64,000 nt of DNA from the NCBI GenBank assembly GCA_030599585.1, contig JAUVNS010000013.1, positions 1 to 64,000 on the forward strand. The letters run 5' to 3'. Positions within the stretch are counted from its first letter, which is position 1, and each line of letters begins with the position of its first letter. The notes under the pieces were generated by a model. It saw only the letters and a list, made by a program, of their open reading frames with translations. It ran no database searches and was not told the origin of the DNA. This DNA comes from Promethearchaeota archaeon (GTDB lineage: Archaea; Asgardarchaeota; Lokiarchaeia; Sigyniarchaeales; SOKP01). Positions 1 to 9,000 of the stretch are shown piece after piece. The position numbers and the translations under genes are program-made.

Positions 1-3000
1 TTAGTTTTCCGTTCTCAACATATGACAACACAATACCCAGATCCGAGTTAAAAATCGTGCAATTTCTTATCACAAAATACGCGGTAGAATGCATAACCAA
101 GATGCCATATCCGGAAGGATTGGAAATTACGAAATCTTCCACTACATACGGATCAGAATAAGTTCCCAAACCCGTACATATCTTAAAATTTAAAGCCCAA
201 GTCCAATTATGAGCGCCAACTCCAGTTGCGTCTCCGTCAATGAAAATCGGTAAATTCACGGGATCCATGTAATTTAACGGATCAGAGTATAGATTCAAGA
301 CTTCATCTCCATCAGTTAATCCATCACCATCGGTGTCAGGAATAAGAGGATCGGTTCCATAAGTGTTGACTTCTTCCCCATCACTAAGTCCATCACCGTC
401 AGAATCCCAATTATTGGGATCAGTCCCATAATTGTTGATTTCAGCGCCATCCAATAATCCATCACCATCGGTATCAGGAAGAAGAGGATCGGTACCAAAA
501 ACCGTTTCTTCATATAGATCCAATAATCCATCATTGTCAGAATCAATTAATAGCCAACCATCTATATCAATAAAAGGATAATAGTCGCTATACCAAGGTA
601 TATTGTTGTCTCCAATACCATCGCCAGCAATTGCATGTTTTCCAATACCACTACCATCATCTTGACCTATATAGTCAGACCAGTAGTTTCCTTCCATCAG
701 ATCAAAATAATACCAATGGTTATTGGCACCAGATTCATATGCTTGAGCGTTATAATTATTTATGAAATTATTATGATAAATTAAATTATTATTCGAATAG
801 GCCATTAACTTGATTCCGTAGGCATTTTCGTTTGCCGTGTTTCCCGTGATAAGATTACTGCTCGAGTGATCAGCCAAATAGATCCCGTAGTTATTATCGT
901 TTACGGTATTTCCCGTGATATCATTATCATCGCAATCACTGTATAAAGAGATCCCATAAAAATGGTTATTGTTTACAGTATTTCCCGTTATGGTATTCTC
1001 ATTGCAATAATCTGATAAACGGATCCCGAAGGCATTTTCGTTTACAGTGTTTCCCGAGAGGATGTTAAAGTAGCAGTAATTTTCTAAATATATCCCGATA
1101 TTTTGCTTGGGTGTACCGATGTTACTTGCGTCGTTTCCCATAATGTAATTATAATTGCAGAAAGAGGCTAAGTAGATCCCATAATGGTTTTCATTTGCGG
1201 TGTTTCCCGTAATGGTATTATTATCGCAGTGATCCTCTAAATAGATCCCATAATCATTGTTATTGTTTGCGTCGTTTCCCGTAATGGTATCCGTAATTGT
1301 ATTATTATTGCAGTAATAAGTTAAATAGATTCCAATCGAATTTTCGTTTGCGGTGTTTCCCGTGATATCGTTATAATCGCAGTGAGATATTAAATAGATT
1401 CCATAATCATTGTTACTGTTTGCGATGCTTCCTGAGATATAGTTAAAATCGCAATCCTCCTCCAAATAAATCCCGTTATCTTGGTTGGAGGTACCGATAT
1501 TACTGGCGGTGTTTCCCACGATATAGTTATCATTGCAGGATAAGACTAAGTAGATCCCAGAATTATAGTTATTGTTTGCGGTGTTACTCGTGATATCATT
1601 ATTATTGCAATAACGGTTTAAATAGATTCCAATTATATTTTCGTTTGCGGTGTTTCCCTCAATGATATTATCATTGCAGTGATTTTCCAAAAAGATCCCA
1701 TAATTATAGTTATCACTTGCGGTGTTGTCAGTAACGGTGTTGCTATCGCTGTAATTTAAACATATCCCAATATTGTTGTATTGGGCAATATTGTCAAAAA
1801 TGGTGTTGTTATTGCTGTAATCTAAATATATTCCGTTATTGTTGTTATTGTTTACAGTGTTTCCTAAAATAGTGTTATTACTACTAGTCCATAAATAAAT
1901 TCCATTCTGAATGTTGTTATTTACGATGTTTCCCGAAATTGTGTTATTACTACTAGTCCATAAATAAATTCCATTCTTAGCTGTGTTATTTACGGTGTTT
2001 TCCGATATAGTGTTATTACCACTATACATTAGATATATCCCAAACCAAACCGTGTTATTTACAATGTTTCCCAAGATGGTGTTATTACTACTACGCCACA
2101 AACCTATCCCAATATTATTGGTATATAACATGTTTCCCGAGATAATGTTATTACCACCATACATTAAATATATCCCGTATCGCGTATTATTAATTAGAGT
2201 ATTTCCTGAGATTACATTATTGTAGCAATTAGAATAAAACCATATCCCGTACCCAAGATATGTGTCACCAAAATTATTATTGGCGGTATTTCCCGAAATT
2301 GTGTTATTACTAACATCATTTAAATAAATCCCACATCTTTCGTTATTTGAAGCAATGTTATTAATTAAGAGACCGTTATTCACATGCTCCAATTTAATTC
2401 CCGCTTCATGACCTACACTACCTGCGTTGTAAACTTTACAATTTTTGATAATAAAATACACATCTGAATTCCTGATTTCAATACCACTTACTGATCCACC
2501 CGCGTTAATTTCGAAACCTTCAATGACATACGGATCAGAATAAGTTCCCGAACCCGTACATACCTTATAGGTAACCGCCCAAGTCCAATTATGAGCGCCA
2601 ACTCCAGTTGTTTCTCCGTCAATGATAAACGGTAAATTCACGGGATCCATGTAATTTAACGGATCAGAGTATAGATTCAAGACTTCATCTCCATCAGTTA
2701 ATCCATCACCATCAGTATCGGGGACCAGAGGATTAGTTCCTAGAAGCTCTTCTATTCTATCAAATAGACTATCACCATCCGAGTCAAAATCAGGACCATC
2801 GTCCCAAATCGGGTAATTATCTTGACTTCCAGCAGAACCACTAATAAGATAGGGAGAATCACCGATCCCATCATCATTAAGATCCATTCCAGGATAATCA
2901 TCCCAGTAATTTCCAAGAGATCCATTATCCCATTGATTATTAATTCCAGAATCAAGAGCATTTGCTAAATTATTCGTCATATTATTACTGTATATAATAT

Positions 3001-6000
3001 TATCACTCGAATCCAGATAGATCCCATAATAATTGTTATTGCTTACAGTGTTTCCCGAGATGGTGTTAAACTCGCAGTAATATTCTAGATGTATCCCATA
3101 GTCGTTGTTGGTTGCAGTGTTTCCCGAGAGGGTATTATTATCGCAACCATAGTCTAAAATGATCCCATAATAATTGTTATTGTTTACGATGTTTCCCGAA
3201 ATGTTGTTAAAATCGCACATCTCTTCTAAATATATCCCGTTATCTTGGTTTGATGTACCAATATTACTTGCGTTGTTTCCCGTAATGGTATTATCATCGC
3301 AGTTAAATGTTAAAGATATCCCATAATCATAGTTATTGTCTGCAGTGTTTTCCGTAATTGTATTATTATCGCAAGCACCAGATAAGTAGATTCCTTGTTC
3401 GTTGTTGTTTGCGGTGTTTCCATTTATGGTGTTATAATCGCAGTTAGTGCTTAAATATATCCCATAATAATTGTTATTATTTACGGTGTTTCCCATAATG
3501 GCATTACCAATGCAGTTATTGACTAAAAAGATCCCATGATCCCTGTTATCGTTTACAGTGTTTTCCGAGATGGTATTATAACTACATTTATAGTATAAAG
3601 AGATCCCATAGTAATTATCACTTATGTAGTTTCCCGTAATGGTATTATAATCGCAACCAGAGCGTAAACGGATCCCATAATCATAGTTATTGTTTACGGT
3701 GTTTTCCGTAATGGTATTATCATTGCAGCGAATTTGTAAGTAAATCCCATAGTCGTTGTTAGTTGCGGAGTTTCCATTTATGTTGTTATAATTGCAATCA
3801 GTGCTTAAATATATCCCATAAAATTCGTTATTGCTTACTGTGTTTCCCGAAATAGTGTTAAAATCGCACATCTCTTCTAAATATATCCCACTATCTTGGT
3901 TTGATGTACCTATATTACTTGCGTTGTTTCTTCTTATGTAGTTACCATAGCATTGATTAATTAAATAGATTCCATAATTAAAGTTGTTGTTTACAGTGTT
4001 TCCCGTGATATCATTATCATTGCAGTAATCTTCTAAATAAATCCCACATTCAAGGTTATTGTTTACGATGTTCCCCGAAATGTTGTTAAAATCGCAATCC
4101 TCCTCTAAATAGATCCCGATATATTGGTTTGATGTACCGATATTGCTTGCAGTGTTTCCCGTAATAGTATTATCATTGCAATAAGAGGTTAAATAGATCC
4201 CTGAATCAAAGTTATTGTTTGCTATGTTTCCCGTTATTGTATTATTATCGCAGTAAAGACCTAATCGGATCCCAAAATTGTTACTGTTTGCGGTGTTTCC
4301 TATAATATTGTTACCATTGCAATAATAGTCTAACATGATACCTTGGAAATCGTTACTGCATGCGGTGTTTCCTATGATATCGTTACCATTACAATAACGG
4401 TGTAAAAAGATCCCAGAATTAATGTTATCTCTTGCGGTGTTTCCCGTTATGGTATTATTATCACAATAATCTAATAAATAGATCCCATCATAATTTCCGT
4501 ATGCATCGTTTCCCATAATCTTATTATCATTGCAGCTCGTTGTTAAATAGATCCCATAATGGTTAGAGTCTGCATTGTTTTCCACAATAGTGTTATTATT
4601 GCAGTGACTGATTAAATAGATCCCAGCATGGTTGCTATTTACAATATTTCCCGAGATGGTGTTAAAGTCGCAGTACTCTTCTAAATAGATCCCATTCCCA
4701 CCACCAGAATGCCCATTATTATATACTGTGTTTCCTATAATGTTATTATCATTACAATAGGAGAATAAATAGATTCCATGCCAAAGATTATTATTTACGG
4801 TGTTTCCTATAATATCGTTACCATCACAGTAGTTGTTTAAAAATATCCCATAGTCCATTCTGTTTGCGGTGTTTCCCGTAATGGTATTATAATCGCAATT
4901 ATATAAAAAGATTCCATAATCATTGTTATCGTTTACAGTGTTTCCCGAGATGGTGTTAAAGTCGCAGTAATATTCTAAATATATCCCGTACCCGTGCCTA
5001 TCCCCATACCACCCATTATTCCATGCGGTGTTTCCTATGATATCATTATCATTACAATAGGAGAATAAATAGATTCCTGATCCTAGGTTATTATTTACGG
5101 TGTTTCCCGTAATAGTATTATTATTGCAGTTATAGTTTAAAGATATCCCAACGGCATTTCCATTAGCGGTGTTTCCCGTGATGTTATTATAATCACAGTA
5201 ATCTTGTAAATAGATCCCATCATGGTTATTGTATGCGGTGTTTCCCACAATAGTGTTATTATTGCAGTGACTGATTAAATATATCCCATAATCAAAGTTA
5301 TAGGGTACGGTGTTTTCCGAGATGGTGTTAAAGTCGCAGTACTCTTCTAAATAGATCCCATGCCCACCCCCAGGATGCCCATTATTATCTGCTATGTTTC
5401 CTATGATGTCATTATCATTACAATAGGAGAATAAATAGATTCCTGATCTTAGGTTATTATTTACGGTGTTTCCCGTAATAGTATTATTATTGCAGGAAGC
5501 GGTTAAACAAATCCCATATTTTTCGTTATTGCTTGCGATATTTTGGGTAATATTATTATCCTGACTAAAAAGGTCTAATTGGATTCCACGGACATTTTCG
5601 TTTGCGATGTTTCCTGTAAGTGTATTTGCAAAACTACCTAATAGAAGGAAACCAAATCCATTTCTTAATGCTGTATTATTTGAGAGAGTGTTACTCCAAC
5701 TTTCGGTTACAAGAAAACCCGCTTGTGCATCAATAATGGAGTTATTAATTAGCTCATTTTGGAAACTGGAATCCACCATAAAACCATAATAGCTTTCCCT
5801 AACAGTATTATCCGAGATTATATTACTTGAACTATATTCAAGACATAATCCGTCCCACCCATTAGTGATATCGTTTCTCGAAATGTTATTATTAGAACTC
5901 CCTTCGAGATAAATACCATATGTCCAAAACTCTGGCATAAAACTCTTTATCGTATTGTTTAAAATGGTATTTTGTGAACTTCCTTCTAAATGAATGCCAT

Positions 6001-9000
6001 TCTGGGAAATATCAATTTCATTTTCGATTATATTACCATTTTGAACATTCAATAGGTATATACCCGTGCTCGAGTTAAAAATCATGCAATTTTTAATCAC
6101 AAAATACACGTTAGAATCTCGAATCGTAATGCAGTTCCCACCATTAGCATCTATGATGAGATTTTCGATAACATAAGGATCCAACTCCGTACCAGAACCG
6201 CTACACCATGGCTCCAAGGCCGCTTCCGCCCAAGTGTAATCACCCCCTCCGTTACTTACGTCATCATCTATGACAAATGACACAGGAGTATCCCCATCAT
6301 CCCAGATTGGATTATTATCCTGACTCCCTGCGTAACCGGGGATAAAATATGGAGTGTCTCCGATACCGTCATCGTTTACATCTACACCAGGATAATCATC
6401 CCAGTAATTATTACCCCAATGATTAATAATTCCATCATCCCAAGCATTTACTCCATTATCTAAAAATATGTTTCTTGAGAAACTATTTTTATGTTCATAT
6501 GGTGCATTCCATTCTGCTAAATAGATCCCATAATCATCGTTATTGCTTATTAAATTTCCAGCAATGTTATTATAAATGCAGCCAGTGTAATAAAATCCCC
6601 CTACTAAAATTCCTATACTATTTTCGTTTACAGTGTTGTTGATAATGGCATTTAAATAGCCATCCTCATTTAAACATATCCCAATTAGATTATTGTTTGC
6701 GGTGTTTCCCGTAATGGTATTTTCAGTATTTAAAAAGTGTAAATTTATTCCATATTGAGAGTTATTGTTTGCGGTGTTTCCCGTAATTGTATTACGATAG
6801 CACCAATAGGATAAACGAATTCCTTCATAAGTGTTGTTATTTGCGATATTTCCCGTAATTCTATTACTTTCACACGAGTACAAAGAGATCCCAATACCGT
6901 TATTCGAGCAATTATTATCAGTTATATTTCCGTTATTAACAGTTGACAACACTATACCCGCGCTCGAGTTGAAAATCGTGCAATTTCTAATCGTAAAATG
7001 CGCAGTAGAATCTCGAATCATAATACCGCTCCCACCACCACCATTTATGGCGAGATTCTCGATAACATAAGGATTCGATCCTATTCCTGCACCACTACAC
7101 CAAGACTCTAGAACTGCTTCTGCCCATGTATAATCTCCCGCACCATTGCTTACATCATCATCGATAACAAATGGCAGGAGTGGAGAATAATGTGCGATAC
7201 CAAACCAAGAAAAAGAGGAAACGTTGCCATAAATGATATTATTTATTGTGTCAATATTCGTTGTTGCATCCACCCAAGTTGTGCCGTTCCAATGTAAGAG
7301 CTGGAGTGCATTTTCTTCCTCAAACGTCATACCCGTACCATCATACGCAATACTAACAGTCACCGCTCCTGTATAAGTTGCGGAGGTTGTGATATCGTAA
7401 TAATTACCTAAGAATTGGAAGCCAGGCATCTCAGAGCCAGGGTTTTCGGTGTTCACAATAACTTGTGTATACCCTACATCAGTAACTTCCGAGAAGGTTA
7501 AGGAAACTTCAGGTGAAGCAATAATTTTGATACCGACTCCCGTGGGGGTATTTTTGAATGCCAACTTTGCAACGAAAGCATCACGACCTCCTGAGCTCGT
7601 CTGACCTGGGAGGGTACCACTCGTGTATCCGGTTACATAAGCTCCAGTAGAGTCAACTGCAACTCCAAAGGCTTCTTCTGCGGCCTCAGTCCCAAATTGA
7701 TGAGTCCAGATCTCGTTGCCGCTTTGGTCATACTTCCGAACAAATCCATCTACACTACCTGCACTAGTTTGACTTGGTAAGGAACCATAGGTCTGTCCTG
7801 CTACATACACCTCGCTTGCAAAGGTAAATACTTCGGAAATCCGATCATATTCTGAAGTTCCGAATTGATGAGTCCAGACTTCGTTGCCATTGTGGTCGTA
7901 TTTACGGATATAGGCATCATCATCTCCTGCATTTGTTTGGCCAGGTAGAGTGCCTTCTGTATGTCCAACGATGTATACGCCCGTAGAGTCAGTTTCGACA
8001 TCAATAGGTCTCTCTAATTCTGGGGTTCCAAACTGCCGGGTCCAGATCTCACTACCAGTATCGATGTCGTACTTTCGAACAAAATTGTCCGTACCACCTT
8101 CATTTATTTGGCCAGGTAGAGCGCCTTCTGTAAATCCAGCTATGTATACGCCAGTAGATTCAACGGAGATTGCTCGACCCCGGTCAGCGTTATTTAATAA
8201 AGTCCCGAACTGGAGATTCCAGAGCTCATTACCGTTGTGATCGAATTTGCGGACAAAAACATCCTCATTACCTTCTATTATGGTGCTTCCAACCACATAA
8301 ACACCGGAAAAATCAACAGAAATTTCAAAGGCAACTGGGGGAAAATATTGGGTCCAGATCGTATTACCATCATAGGGATTGTATTTACGGACAAAACCCA
8401 AACTACCTAAGATACCGGTCAAGTAGAGGCCAGTAGAGTCAATAGAGCTTCCCAGTATAAAGTCGTTAGCCGTAGTCCCGAATTGCTGGATCCAGAGCTG
8501 ATTTCCATTGTGATCGTACTTGCAAACAAAAGCGTCCTCGAAACCTACATTGCTCTGTAAGGGCAGAGCACCGTTAGTATGTCCCGCTACATAGACGCCA
8601 GTGGAGTCGACTGAAGTTACCCAAGCCTCGTCTATACCGTCAGTACCAAATTGACGAATCCATAACATTTCAGGTGGTAAATTGCTGGGGTCGAACCAGA
8701 ATGTTGTCACAGAGATGTCATTGGTGCTGGCGCCGTTGTCCACGTAAGCCACCTGGTTTCCGAACACACAATTCAATTTCTGGTCCCCGGCTCTGGTGGT
8801 TACTGCTAGGGTCTCCCCGGTGGATATGCGGTAGGCGAAGATGTCGTAATTGAGGTCGTTCAATCCATAATAGACCAGGGCCTCGTACGCGATGATGTCA
8901 CCATCGATGGTTGGTCCGTGGTTGTATCCTCCGTCGTCGATCACGACAATCGGCTCATCGCCGGAGTCGACATCGACCGCACATATTCTCGACACAGTAC

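Noticed and set aside
196-2712. Diversity-generating retroelement TR/VR pair
   Set aside because: Both copies are in-frame parts of one gene at equivalent domain junctions, and no reverse transcriptase is present in the window.
7200-7240. HFS-type autoproteolysis site in the giant protein
   Set aside because: The sequence is SSFSWF, which lacks the His of the HFS motif.
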